Notes under the pieces: model-generated
Told to the model about the DNA's origin: nothing
Database searches by the model: none
What the model saw: only the letters and a program-made list of their open reading frames with translations
Program-made: the position numbers and the translations under genes
From: Spirochaetota bacterium
Lineage (GTDB): Bacteria > Spirochaetota > UBA4802 > JAFGDQ01
Assembly: GCA_043803405.1 (NCBI GenBank)
Contig: JAZDKB010000018.1
Coordinates: 64,001 to 128,000, forward strand
Direction of reading: 5' to 3'
DNA length: 64,000 nt
Part shown: positions 1 to 9,801 of the stretch, piece after piece
Layout of the letters: the number at the start of each line of letters is the position of its first letter
How positions within the stretch are numbered: position 1 is the first letter of the stretch

Positions 1-21
1 CCGGAAAAAAAAATCAATAGA

Positions 22-741
22 TTGTTATGGATATTGTACCAGCCATATAAATGGCTTTTCCTGGCGCCTGTTGTCTGCCTGCTGACTCTGATAACAGGGA
101 GCCTTGCGGCAATCCTGGTTTTCATAGTCAATCCAAGGACTGCATCTATGCTGACAGGTGTGCAATGGGCAAGAATTATAGCATTTATTACTCCCATGTT
201 TGTCAGAGTAACAGGCAGGGAAAATATAGACCCTGAGCAGTCTTACGTTATTGTTTCCAATCATCAGAGTCAGTACGATATTCTTTTACTTTACGGCAGG
301 CTTAACATTGATTTCCGATGGGTAATGAAACAAGAACTTAGAAAAATCCCCGGGCTTGGGATAGCATGTGAAAGGCTTGGGCATATTTTTATTGACAGGT
401 CGAATTCAATGTCAGCTGTAGCCTCATTGAAAGCAGCAAAGAAAAAAATTGTTAGCGGCACTTCTGTTATGTTTTTCCCTGAGGGTACCAGAAGCAAAGA
501 CGGAAACATCGGAGTTTTTAAAAAAGGAGCTTTCAAAATGGCGCTCGATCTGGGAGTGCCTGTTCTGCCTGTTACGATAATCGGAACAAGAAACATTTTA
601 CCAACCCACTCGCTCGATGTTTTCCCCGGAAAAGTAAAAATGATTATTCATAAACCGGTTGATGTTTCAGAATACAGCAATGATATACAGGCGTTGATAG
701 AACAGGTCAGAAAGATTATTATTTCCAGTACAATAAAATAG
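22..741 (+). CDS. plsC: Lysophospholipid acyltransferase (PlsC/AGPAT family)
   Basis: NHQSQYD (HxxxxD) and FFPEGTRS motifs, N-terminal TM; start uncertain near window edge. Confidence 0.85.
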   Translation: MLWILYQPYKWLFLAPVVCLLTLITGSLAAILVFIVNPRTASMLTGVQWARIIAFITPMFVRVTGRENIDPEQSYVIVSNHQSQYDILLLYGRLNIDFRWVMKQELRKIPGLGIACERLGHIFIDRSNSMSAVASLKAAKKKIVSGTSVMFFPEGTRSKDGNIGVFKKGAFKMALDLGVPVLPVTIIGTRNILPTHSLDVFPGKVKMIIHKPVDVSEYSNDIQALIEQVRKIIISSTIK

Positions 742-815
742 GATGCATTTCCTTATTTGCTGGATTTTTATAGAATTGTAAGATAATATTTACTTAAAAA
801 TCGCAGGAGGAAAGT

Positions 816-1532
816 ATGCCGCTATCCCGATTAATTAAATATTTAGTATTTACTGCTTTTTTAACTGCGTATTTTTGTTTCAATGCAGAAGCGAAATCCG
901 AAGTCGGCAAAATTATACAGGTAATCGGAGATGTGGATCTAACGGACATAAATTCCGGAATAAGGATTGTTCCGGGAGTAGGTTCTCAAATCAAGGAATA
1001 TCATAAAATCCGGACAGGAGCAAAAGCTTATATCGAAATTTTGCTGAATGATAACAGTAAAATATTCATGAGGGAACTTTCCATAATACAAATCGGCAGT
1101 TTAAGAATGAAAGCGCAGGAATCGCCGACATCTATCAGTTTAAGCACAGGAAAAATAAGAATAAAAATTGATAAATCATTCAGCAACTGGAACCTGATAA
1201 TTAAAACCAATGTTGCAATCATAGGAGTAAAAGACATTGAAACCGATCTTGGTATTATAACTACCGATATTGAAACAAAAGCTGTTGTTTTTGAAGGCGA
1301 AGCCAGTGCGGCAAATTCAAACAGGGTTATAATAAAATCATTTATTGTAAAAAAGAAAGAAGAAATAAGCATTAAACAGAACAGATCTCCTTCGGAACCG
1401 GTAGTATTGCCTCAGGAAATACTGGATTCGTGGCTGGATTATTATGAGGTCGTCGATAAAAACAAAATAGAAATCAAAGGCAAGCAGGATACGGGAATTT
1501 TCGATTATATTCTGAGGAAGAGAAAATTTTGA
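816..1532 (+). CDS. Secreted FecR-domain protein
   Basis: Signal peptide, IRTGAKAYIEILLNDNSKI and IKTNVAIIGV FecR-like motifs; GGAGG RBS. Confidence 0.7.
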   Translation: MPLSRLIKYLVFTAFLTAYFCFNAEAKSEVGKIIQVIGDVDLTDINSGIRIVPGVGSQIKEYHKIRTGAKAYIEILLNDNSKIFMRELSIIQIGSLRMKAQESPTSISLSTGKIRIKIDKSFSNWNLIIKTNVAIIGVKDIETDLGIITTDIETKAVVFEGEASAANSNRVIIKSFIVKKKEEISIKQNRSPSEPVVLPQEILDSWLDYYEVVDKNKIEIKGKQDTGIFDYILRKRKF

Positions 1533-2329
1533 TTAAAGCCGAACTTTTTCCCCGGATTTTGCCGCTAATGATGTGTGTTTTTGCTTTCCATGTTTTCGGA
1601 TGTTCAAGCGTGTATCTTACCGGTGAGGAAGAGCGCAAAGTAACGGACATTCTATCAGAATCCTATAAAAACGAAAACTGGCAGACCAGAAAAGAAGTAA
1701 TCACAAATATCTGTCCGTATAAATCACCCAAGGCGGAAAATCTATTAATTACAGCCCTTAGCGATATTCACCCTGCCGTAAGAATTGAAGCATTAAACTG
1801 TCTTCAAACAAAAAAATCGTCCAAAGCTAAAAAAACCATAAGAGAAATAGCAGAATCGGATAGTGATTATAACGTCAGAATGTCCGCAATTTTGTCACTT
1901 TCGAAATACAGGGATCCGGCAACTGCTCCGGTCTTTGTGCGGGGTCTCAGGAGCGATGACTGGTTAATAAGAGAAGAATCGATAAAGGGATTACTGATGA
2001 TAGATGATATGCTGATTAAACAAATCTCGGTTCCTTATATTATCCAGGCTCTGAATGACAGCCGGATAAATGTAAGGCTTGCCACACTGGAAAATGTAAA
2101 AATCAAGGATAAGAGGATTTATTCGGAAATATCGGCAATAATTAATAATGAAGAAAATTATTATAAGGTCAATCTGTTAAACGCGTCTTTAAAGGCAATA
2201 AACGGCTACCTGCTGGATAAAACAATCCGCGAAAAGCTAATCGGCTTCCTGACTCATCCTTATATGGAAATCAGAATTTCCGCACTCGGAGTTTTAAAAA
2301 AAGATAAAGAGTTGCAGGAAGCGGATTAA
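1529..2329 (+). CDS. HEAT-repeat lipoprotein
   Basis: Lipobox-like VFGC; repeated L.D....VR..A...L units; overlaps upstream stop. Confidence 0.75.
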   Translation: MIKAELFPRILPLMMCVFAFHVFGCSSVYLTGEEERKVTDILSESYKNENWQTRKEVITNICPYKSPKAENLLITALSDIHPAVRIEALNCLQTKKSSKAKKTIREIAESDSDYNVRMSAILSLSKYRDPATAPVFVRGLRSDDWLIREESIKGLLMIDDMLIKQISVPYIIQALNDSRINVRLATLENVKIKDKRIYSEISAIINNEENYYKVNLLNASLKAINGYLLDKTIREKLIGFLTHPYMEIRISALGVLKKDKELQEAD

Positions 2330-2341
2330 CCTGAAATATGA

Positions 2342-2998
2342 CTACATTTTCTTTTCTTTTGAGATATATACCTGGTTTTTATTATCTACCACATCTTTCT
2401 TGAATTCTTCCGGAAGGGGCACCTCAAGGACTTTATAAACCATAAAGCAGCTATCCTTCGCTCTCCTGAAAAAGCTTATCGCTTCAACATATTTTGATCT
2501 GTCAAGATAATCGTTTGCCATCTGAACTCCGCCTCCGGCTGAGGATAAAACAACTTCTGCCTGAGGACTTACACGTTCTCCTTTTATGGACATTTTAACT
2601 TTATATTTAACGTGCATTTTTATTATATTATTATGGAGTTTGTCAGTATCATTCTTGTAAACCTTAGCGATTCTCTGTGCAATATCATCAATATCTTTTT
2701 TATTTTTTGTAAATAAGTTCGCAGATTCGACAATTTTGTTTTGAAAATAAAGCGCACTTGCTTCTGCATAAGTGTCTACGACCCTGTCGAATTCTTCCTT
2801 ACCGCCGCCGTAATTTAAAATGGCGCTGTGCAGCAGTTTAATTCTTTTGAAATTATCATAACTTAGCTGTTTTACGACATCATCCGGTATATAAAGCGTA
2901 TTAAATTCTTTTTTTGCAGTTTCAAATTGAGCGTTTACTGAAGATATAGAAAATAATACAATAATAAATACAATATAATATCTTATTCCTTTTGTCAT
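2342..2998 (-). CDS. Secreted helical hypothetical protein
   Basis: 218-aa ORF, signal peptide ending VNA, GGAG RBS. Confidence 0.65.
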   Translation of the reverse strand: MTKGIRYYIVFIIVLFSISSVNAQFETAKKEFNTLYIPDDVVKQLSYDNFKRIKLLHSAILNYGGGKEEFDRVVDTYAEASALYFQNKIVESANLFTKNKKDIDDIAQRIAKVYKNDTDKLHNNIIKMHVKYKVKMSIKGERVSPQAEVVLSSAGGGVQMANDYLDRSKYVEAISFFRRAKDSCFMVYKVLEVPLPEEFKKDVVDNKNQVYISKEKKM

Positions 2999-3290
2999 TT
3001 CTCAACTCCTGTAAATGTAATGATATCTGTATATATTTATCGGAACATTTGTGTATATTATGCTGCAAAATATTTCCAAGTCAAGTAAAATTGTTATTCC
3101 GCGCATTATTTCGTGAACAGCGATCGAAATTCCGGTTCATGGATTTATTATTAATATATTTTTAATAAAAGCTTTTATTGATTAGTTAAATATATTTATT
3201 GTCAAACCATATGTTTATTATTTTAATGGATGATAATGGCTGAGTAACTCAGTAATCGTCTTTTTTGCAAAAAAATCGGAGTGTGCTATC

Positions 3291-4400
3291 ATGATCCCCA
3301 ATGTTGCTTTAATCAGGAGTGAAAAGGCAGGATATAATTATTCTGAAAGGATATGCGGCCTTTATCCTCTTGAAAGAAATATCATTTTATTAATAAAAGC
3401 AGGTGTAAAAAAAATATTTCTCGATCTTTCAAAAGAAGAAAGGTCTTTTTACCAGGCAAATGTATCCCGCTATGTGGAAAAATTTCAGGATACAAAGATC
3501 GCTTTCAGCTCCAAGGCAGGTATCGGATCACAATACTTCCTTATCCCTTCAAATATTTTTTCGCAGGCTCATTATTATAATGAATCGTCCGGATATTTTA
3601 AGCAAAAGGGCAAAGTCTTTACACCTGTTATGGGAGATGATCAGTTTTTACTTTCTGAAAATTCACAATATAAAAAAGCCGCTAATTTACTTAAAACTTA
3701 TATTATTAAAAATACCGGCGGTTTTATTGCACAAAAGATAAATAAAAGGATCTCGATGCCCATAAGCATGGAGCTGGTGAAAACTCGAATTCATCCTAAT
3801 TATTTGACAATATTAAACATGATAATCGGTCTTTTAAGCAGCTTTTTTCTGCTGTTTAATTCATACTGGCTTACGGTTCTGGGGGGATTTTTGTTCCAGA
3901 CTGCATCAGTAATGGATGGTGTGGACGGCGAGGTCGCTAAGCTAACTTTAAAAGTATCAAAAATCGGGAGCTGGCTGGACACAATAAGCGATAATTCCAC
4001 ACTTATACTTTTTATTGTTGTTTTGTCTTATCTTTATTATATTAATTCTTCCGGATTTTTACCTGTGATTTTAATAATAATGGTGCTGGCCGGCATAGCG
4101 GTCATGATTGCCATGATGTTCAGGTATTTAAAACGATACAGCAAGTCCGGGTCACTTGTGGCTTATGATAGGGAATTTCTGCAGAAACTCCCGCAAAACG
4201 ATCCGTTTGTGTTTATAACTCAGAAGCTAAAGTATATAACAAAGAAAGAGTTTTTTTCAATCGCATTTTTTGCGATTTGTCTTACAGGCAGGGCTTATTT
4301 TTTTATTCCTGTAATTGCGGTTGTAATTTCAGTGGCTGCTGTTATACTTGCTGTAATTGATTTAAAATATTTAAAATCATTCGGAAACAAAGCCTCATGA
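3291..4400 (+). CDS. CDP-alcohol phosphatidyltransferase with degenerate N-terminal nucleotidyltransferase-like domain
   Basis: DGVDGEVAKL...SKIGSWLDTISD signature, HPNYLT, several TM helices. Confidence 0.8.
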   Translation: MIPNVALIRSEKAGYNYSERICGLYPLERNIILLIKAGVKKIFLDLSKEERSFYQANVSRYVEKFQDTKIAFSSKAGIGSQYFLIPSNIFSQAHYYNESSGYFKQKGKVFTPVMGDDQFLLSENSQYKKAANLLKTYIIKNTGGFIAQKINKRISMPISMELVKTRIHPNYLTILNMIIGLLSSFFLLFNSYWLTVLGGFLFQTASVMDGVDGEVAKLTLKVSKIGSWLDTISDNSTLILFIVVLSYLYYINSSGFLPVILIIMVLAGIAVMIAMMFRYLKRYSKSGSLVAYDREFLQKLPQNDPFVFITQKLKYITKKEFFSIAFFAICLTGRAYFFIPVIAVVISVAAVILAVIDLKYLKSFGNKAS

Positions 4401-4520
4401 GCAACTGCTGTTTTATGTATGCTCTAAATCAGAACAACAGGAATTATAAAAAAAACATATTTCCTAAAAAAGACTTTACATACTGATTATTCTAAATTGC
4501 ATTTATCTCGCTAATTATAT

Positions 4521-4608
4521 GGAGAGATGCCAGAGTGGTCGAATGGGACGGTCTCGAAAATCGTTGAGGGGAATTTCTCCTCCGAGGGTTCGAATCCCTC
4601 TCTCTCCG
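4521..4608 (+). tRNA. tRNA-Ser(CGA)
   Basis: Acceptor GGAGAGA/TCTCTCC, anticodon arm ACGGT-CT CGA AA-ATCGT, long variable arm, GGTTCGAATCC; CCA not encoded. Confidence 0.95.
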
Positions 4609-4675
4609 GATTATCTGTACTTGATTTGTTGGTTGACAAATTGCATTATTTTTGCTCAATAAGCTTTATGTTAAC

Positions 4676-4760
4676 GGAGAGGTGTCTGAGAGGCCGAAGG
4701 AGCACGGTTGGAAACCGTGTGTAGCGAAAGCTACCGAGGGTTCGAATCCCTCCCTCTCCG
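4676..4760 (+). tRNA. tRNA-Ser(GGA)
   Basis: Acceptor GGAGAGG/CCTCTCC, anticodon arm CACGG-TT GGA AA-CCGTG, variable arm, T-loop; TTGACA at 4633. Confidence 0.95.
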
Positions 4761-4777
4761 AATTTACTGAAAATATT

Positions 4778-4847
4778 AATTTGCCACAGCGACACAGAGA
4801 CACAGAGAGCAGTAAAATTCTGTATCCCGGCGCCTCTGTGGCAAATT
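4778..4847. repeat. Small inverted-repeat element with internal (G)ACACAGAG tandem copies
   Basis: AATTTGCCACAG (4778-4789) / CTGTGGCAAATT (4836-4847). Confidence 0.65.
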
Positions 4848-4879
4848 TTTTATATACCTGAATATCAGGACAATATTAA

Positions 4880-6133
4880 ATGGCGTACCAGGTAATTGCA
4901 AGAAAATGGCGTCCGCAAAAATTTGAGGATGTTGTTTACCAGGATCATATTTCAAAAACGATCAGGAACAGCATTAAAATGAAGCGGATTTCCCACGCTT
5001 ATCTTTTTTCAGGACCCAGGGGCGTGGGCAAAACTACCATGGCCAGAATACTGGCCAAGGCCTTAAACTGCCTTTCGGGCGAGGGCCCTACTGACACCCC
5101 GTGCGATGCGTGCGAGAACTGCGTCGAGATCAGGGAAGGATATTCTTTTGACGTAATAGAGATCGACGGTGCGTCCAATCGCGGCATAGACAACATAAGA
5201 GAACTGCGCGAGAACGTTAATCTTGCTCCTGTAAAAGCGCGCTATAAAGTCTATATAATAGACGAAGTCCACATGCTTACAAAAGAGGCCTTTAACGCGC
5301 TTTTAAAGACTCTCGAAGAACCGCCGCAACATGTTGTGTTTATCTTCGCGACAACCGAGGTTCACCGCATTCCGGAAACAATATTATCCAGGTGCCAGAA
5401 ATATCTTTTTAAAAAAATACCGGTCGAAGCAATAGCAAATCATCTTGAAAAAATTGTTCATGAAGAAGGATACAAAATAGACAAAGGCGCTATTTACCCG
5501 ATCGCAAGAGCAGGCGAGGGTTCCATGCGAGATTCGCAGTCGCTGCTCGACCAGGTTATCTCATTTTCGGACGGCCATATAAGCGAACAGGACGCGCTGT
5601 CCATACTTGGTATTGTAACTCTTGAGAGCTTTTTAAGCCTGTTGAACTTTATTAATAACAATGAACCTGTAAAACTAATTGAAGAAGTGGACAGGATTGT
5701 AACACTTGGAGTGGATATCCCCAGGTATACAGCCGGTTTTATCGATATTATACGGACAGTAAGGCTCGTTAATAATGGAATTATTTTAGCTGAGATTCTG
5801 GGTTTTTCAGATGAAGAAATTCTTCAGTTGAAAAATACGGGAAAAAATTATAAAGATGAAGAGCTTGGCATTATTTATAAAATCGCTCTTGACCTTCAGG
5901 CTAATCTTAAGTATTCAACCAATGAAAGAATAAATCTTGAGATGGCGCTCCTGGATATGGCTAATGCAAAGAAAAGCCCTTCAATCGCGTCTATAATAAA
6001 AAAAATTTCCGAAGCAGGTGCCGGCGGCAGACAGGAAAATGCAGCAGCGGCAAAGCCGGCAAAAAAAGTTAACAGCGAAGACTTAGCCATTGACAATATT
6101 AAAAGTATGTTTCATGGCGAAATTATAGAATAA
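4880..6133 (+). CDS. dnaX: DNA polymerase III subunit gamma/tau
   Basis: ARKWRPQ, GPRGVGKT Walker A, Cys cluster, IIDEVHML, SRC. Confidence 0.97.
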   Translation: MAYQVIARKWRPQKFEDVVYQDHISKTIRNSIKMKRISHAYLFSGPRGVGKTTMARILAKALNCLSGEGPTDTPCDACENCVEIREGYSFDVIEIDGASNRGIDNIRELRENVNLAPVKARYKVYIIDEVHMLTKEAFNALLKTLEEPPQHVVFIFATTEVHRIPETILSRCQKYLFKKIPVEAIANHLEKIVHEEGYKIDKGAIYPIARAGEGSMRDSQSLLDQVISFSDGHISEQDALSILGIVTLESFLSLLNFINNNEPVKLIEEVDRIVTLGVDIPRYTAGFIDIIRTVRLVNNGIILAEILGFSDEEILQLKNTGKNYKDEELGIIYKIALDLQANLKYSTNERINLEMALLDMANAKKSPSIASIIKKISEAGAGGRQENAAAAKPAKKVNSEDLAIDNIKSMFHGEIIE

Positions 6134-6157
6134 AATTTAATATTATGGAGAAAAGAA

Positions 6158-6472
6158 ATGTTGAAAGATCTTGGCAATATGCTTAAACTTCAAAAAGACC
6201 TTAAAGCTGTACAGAAGGCGTTAAAAAAGGCAGAAGCAAAAGCAGAAAGCAACGACGGTTTAATAAGCGCTGTTGTGAACGGCGAATTTAACCTGGTAAA
6301 TATCAGTATTGATGAGCAATTGCTTGAAAAAGGCAACAAACATAAACTTGAGAAGGAAATTGTTTCAACAATTAATAAGGCTGTAGCATCCAGCAAGGAA
6401 TATGCAGCCAAGGAAATGAGCAAGCTTACAGGCGGGATGAATATTCCCGGGCTTGACAAATTTATGAAATAA
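6158..6472 (+). CDS. ybaB: YbaB/EbfC nucleoid-associated protein
   Basis: Size, C-terminal MSKLTGGMNIPG, position between dnaX and recR. Confidence 0.9.
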   Translation: MLKDLGNMLKLQKDLKAVQKALKKAEAKAESNDGLISAVVNGEFNLVNISIDEQLLEKGNKHKLEKEIVSTINKAVASSKEYAAKEMSKLTGGMNIPGLDKFMK

Positions 6473-6517
6473 CCGGAACTCATCCTGAAAATTTGATTTT
6501 ATATAAATAACACAATT

Positions 6518-6645
6518 TACATAGAAATACATTACAAAATTTTTTGCGGAATCAGGCCTTCAATGTATGTCTTTCAATTTCTTTAAAGGTTATTGCTTCA
6601 GGCCTGAAAGGCGTCCTCAAAAATTTTGTAATGTATTTCTATGTA
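6518..6645. repeat. MITE-like 128-bp element with perfect 27-bp terminal inverted repeats
   Basis: TACATAGAAATACATTACAAAATTTTT (6518-6544) and exact reverse complement (6619-6645); inner TCAGGCCT/AGGCCTGA. Confidence 0.8.
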
Positions 6646-6686
6646 TCAAATATAAATCTTAATTTTGAGATGACTTATTAAATACT

Positions 6687-7289
6687 ATGAGCAGCCCTTC
6701 GGCATATTTAGACGCGCTAATTAAAGAATTCTCCAGGCTCCCGGGCATTGGTCCTAAAAGCGCAGGCAGGCTGGCATTCCACATTTTAAAACAGCCTATG
6801 TCCGAAGTTGAGAGGCTCTCGAAAGCAATTATTGAACTTAAACAGAATATAACTTTCTGCAAAATATGCGGCGGAATATCGGATTCCGCCGCATCCTGCT
6901 CCATCTGCTCGGATGAAAACCGCGACAGAAGTATTGTGTGCGTAGTTGAAGAAGCAAGGGATATTATTACTATTGAAAAGAGCGCCGGGTACCGGGGACT
7001 TTATCATGTGCTTAAAGGAGTAATATCGCCCCTGGACGGCATTGGCCCTGAAGAGCTGAACATAGAGTCGTTCCTGAGAAGATGCAAAGAGGGCATCATC
7101 AGAGAAGCAATCATCGCGGTAAATCCCACAATAGAAGGGGACGCAACAACGCTGTATCTTGCCAAGGAGCTTAGGCCGCTCGGCATTAAAGTAATGCGTA
7201 TAGCGCACGGGCTTCCGGTCGGTTCGAACATCGAGTTTGCAGACGCTGCCACAATTCTAAAGTCTCTCGAGGGCAGAGTGGAGATCTAG
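6687..7289 (+). CDS. recR: Recombination mediator RecR
   Basis: LPGIGPKSA HhH, C4 zinc finger, Toprim EGDATT. Confidence 0.97.
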   Translation: MSSPSAYLDALIKEFSRLPGIGPKSAGRLAFHILKQPMSEVERLSKAIIELKQNITFCKICGGISDSAASCSICSDENRDRSIVCVVEEARDIITIEKSAGYRGLYHVLKGVISPLDGIGPEELNIESFLRRCKEGIIREAIIAVNPTIEGDATTLYLAKELRPLGIKVMRIAHGLPVGSNIEFADAATILKSLEGRVEI

Positions 7290-8602
7290 TTTTTTTTCTT
7301 TCCTTCAAGATATATCACAACAGGCACGCCTTTAATATCGAGTTCTTTCTGTAAAAGCTTCTGGAGAAACCTTATAATATCTTTTTTAAAAAATTCAGCG
7401 TTATTGACAAATAATTTGAATTTTGGAGGCACCGTTTCTATCTGGGTTGCGTAATATATTTTGCATTTTTCCCCTAAAATCGGAAGTCTCTTCTTTTTTT
7501 GAACACCCTCAAGTATCCTGTTAAGTTTTGAAGTATCAATCCGTTTTTTTGCCCTCTCCTGTAACTCTAACGCGGTTTCCAGAAGTTTATGTATCCTTTG
7601 TTTTTCTTTTGCGGAAATTGAAATAATCGGGAAATCCTCAGTGCGGTAAAGCTTGAATATTACCTCGCCTTTAAATTCATTAAAAGTGCTGTTGCTTTTC
7701 GGGATCAGATCCCATTTGTTTAACGCGATAATAAGCGGTTTGTTTGCTTCCAGAATTTCATCGCATATTTTTTTATCCGTTTCGGTTATGCCTGCGCGCG
7801 CATCAAGCAAATGTATTACAACATCCGACTTCTTTATTGACTCAATTGTTCTTGTTTTGGAATAAAATTCGACATTGCCTTTTATACGGCTTTGTTTTTT
7901 TAAACCTGCAGTATCTATAATCTTTATTCTTTTGCCGTAAAAAATGAAATCTTCGTCAACCGAGTCCCTTGTTGTACCCGGAATATCCGATACAACAGCC
8001 CTCGTTTCGCCGATAAACGAATTTAGCAGAGTTGATTTGCCTGAGTTCGGTTTGCCTACAATAGCTATTTTTAAATCGACATTTTCCGTACTTTGCTTTT
8101 TTACAGGCAATAGCTCGACTATTTTATCCAGCAATAGATTTATATTCACTTTCCTGAGCGCTGAAACAGGCAGAATGTCGGCGCATCCCAGTTCGTAAAA
8201 ATTCGACATATTTTCAAGATCTGCATTTGAATCCATTTTATTTACTGCAACCATAGCAGGAATGGATGTTTTTCTGATAAGTTCATACAGCTCAAAATCA
8301 AAGGGAGTAAGATTCGGACTTTCCAGAAGAAAAATAATTATGGAAGATTTTTCCAGATAGCTTTTTGCGTTAGCAAGTATAGCGAGCGAGAGTTCGGATG
8401 AATCGCTTATATCGAGCCCCGGCGTGTCGGATAAAATGAAAGAGGCTGAATTATGCGTTACTGTTACTGATAATATATCCCTTGTTAATCCGGGAAACGA
8501 GTCTACGATCGCTTTTTTCTGCTTTGCAAGAGCGTTAAAAAGCGTAGATTTCCCGACATTCTGTCTTCCTACAATTGAGACTACCGGTATTTTTTTTATC
8601 AT
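7286..8602 (-). CDS. der: Ribosome biogenesis GTPase Der (EngA)
   Basis: Two G domains (GRQNVGKS, GKPNSGKS), DTAG, NKWD. Confidence 0.96.
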   Translation of the reverse strand: MIKKIPVVSIVGRQNVGKSTLFNALAKQKKAIVDSFPGLTRDILSVTVTHNSASFILSDTPGLDISDSSELSLAILANAKSYLEKSSIIIFLLESPNLTPFDFELYELIRKTSIPAMVAVNKMDSNADLENMSNFYELGCADILPVSALRKVNINLLLDKIVELLPVKKQSTENVDLKIAIVGKPNSGKSTLLNSFIGETRAVVSDIPGTTRDSVDEDFIFYGKRIKIIDTAGLKKQSRIKGNVEFYSKTRTIESIKKSDVVIHLLDARAGITETDKKICDEILEANKPLIIALNKWDLIPKSNSTFNEFKGEVIFKLYRTEDFPIISISAKEKQRIHKLLETALELQERAKKRIDTSKLNRILEGVQKKKRLPILGEKCKIYYATQIETVPPKFKLFVNNAEFFKKDIIRFLQKLLQKELDIKGVPVVIYLEGKKKN

Positions 8603-8982
8603 TCTTTGCCATCGAATTTTTCTTCATGAAAGAAACGCAGAATTGTGTCGCCTATTATTATTCTATCGCCGTATGTTAATTGAAATGGCTTTTTTAAACG
8701 TTTGCCGTTAAGATATGTTGAGTTGGTTGAATCGAGATCTTCAATAATGTAATGTCCTTCATTGCTTATATTGATTCTGCAGTGCTTTTTGCTTATTAAA
8801 TTATCCGCAATTACTATATCACAGCTTTCATCCCTGCCTATTGTCACTGCATTTTTATCAAGTATAAATGCTTTCCCGAGAAAGTTTTCCGAAAGTATAA
8901 GCAGAACTCCTTTTTTACTTAAAAAGCCGACAGACGGTATTTTTCGTTTTTCGTCAAGGTGGATTGTGTCATTTGTTGTCAT
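8599..8982 (-). CDS. FHA-domain protein
   Basis: IGR...ISKKHC...DLDSTNSTYLNG FHA motifs. Confidence 0.9.
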   Translation of the reverse strand: MTTNDTIHLDEKRKIPSVGFLSKKGVLLILSENFLGKAFILDKNAVTIGRDESCDIVIADNLISKKHCRINISNEGHYIIEDLDSTNSTYLNGKRLKKPFQLTYGDRIIIGDTILRFFHEEKFDGKE

Positions 8983-9036
8983 AATTCATCCTCCATAAAA
9001 ACCAGATTCAGATTGATGTATTTGCAGATAAAAAAA

Positions 9037-9801
9037 TTATTTGGGTTTAATTGTTTCCGCTGTATTGTCCCTGATCCATCCTCTTTTGTTATCGGGTAGT
9101 CTTATAAGCTTCCATTCGTCTTCCGCATTTTCCTGTATAATAATTGTCCCGCCGTGAAGTTTAAAGAGAACCGTTTCTCTTGAATCAGGCCCGGACAGCA
9201 CATCGGTTTCTTCAGCTAAAATTACAGCCCGTTTATCATTTGCTTCGGAAAAATGTTTCCATCCGAATGTACATGCAGAGCTAAACCATAAAACTAAAAG
9301 GATTACAGGAAGATAATAAGTCCACTCTTTTTTAAAGTAAAGGCGCAAAACCAGTGCGCTCCAAAATAAAAAGTTGACTATAAAAAACAGCACTAATAAT
9401 TCATCACGCGTCATGTAACCGGACCAGAAAAGTATTGTTGAGATAATATCCGACGGAGCATCAACTGCATCTACAGTCTGTTTTTTTACATAACGGAGAT
9501 TAAAATCCAGATCCGCGTCGCGCGGAATGAACGCGCGGGCTCTCTCATAATACAGCACGGCATGGCCGGTCATTTTAAGGCGGTAACACGCGTTCCCCAT
9601 ATTATAATACAGGTCGCCGCTCTCATAACCTGACCCAAGCACTTCAAGATATGCATTAAGAGCGTTCTCATATTTACCGTCCCTGTAAAGCTGATTTGCC
9701 TTAAAGAACAATTCTTCATATTTGCCGGTTTTATTGTTTAATTCCGGGGCAGCAAAAGCCGGCGGCATTAAAAGCAATATGATAATAAATATTTTTTTCA
9801 C
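9037..9801 (-). CDS. batE: BatE-like TPR/SH3 protein
   Basis: TPR YYNMGNAC, two TMs, C-terminal SH3-like KLHGG...GWI. Confidence 0.8.
   Translation of the reverse strand: MKKIFIIILLLMPPAFAAPELNNKTGKYEELFFKANQLYRDGKYENALNAYLEVLGSGYESGDLYYNMGNACYRLKMTGHAVLYYERARAFIPRDADLDFNLRYVKKQTVDAVDAPSDIISTILFWSGYMTRDELLVLFFIVNFLFWSALVLRLYFKKEWTYYLPVILLVLWFSSACTFGWKHFSEANDKRAVILAEETDVLSGPDSRETVLFKLHGGTIIIQENAEDEWKLIRLPDNKRGWIRDNTAETIKPK

Noticed and set aside
4527..4861. Two short ORFs (65 and 69 aa)
   Set aside because: They are translations of the tRNA genes
4761..4879. SRP RNA (ffs), often found upstream of dnaX
   Set aside because: No CAGG..GGAA..AGCAG-type SRP core is visible
6059..6069. A-run resembling the dnaX -1 frameshift site
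   Set aside because: Only about 20 codons from the stop, with no clear stimulatory hairpin
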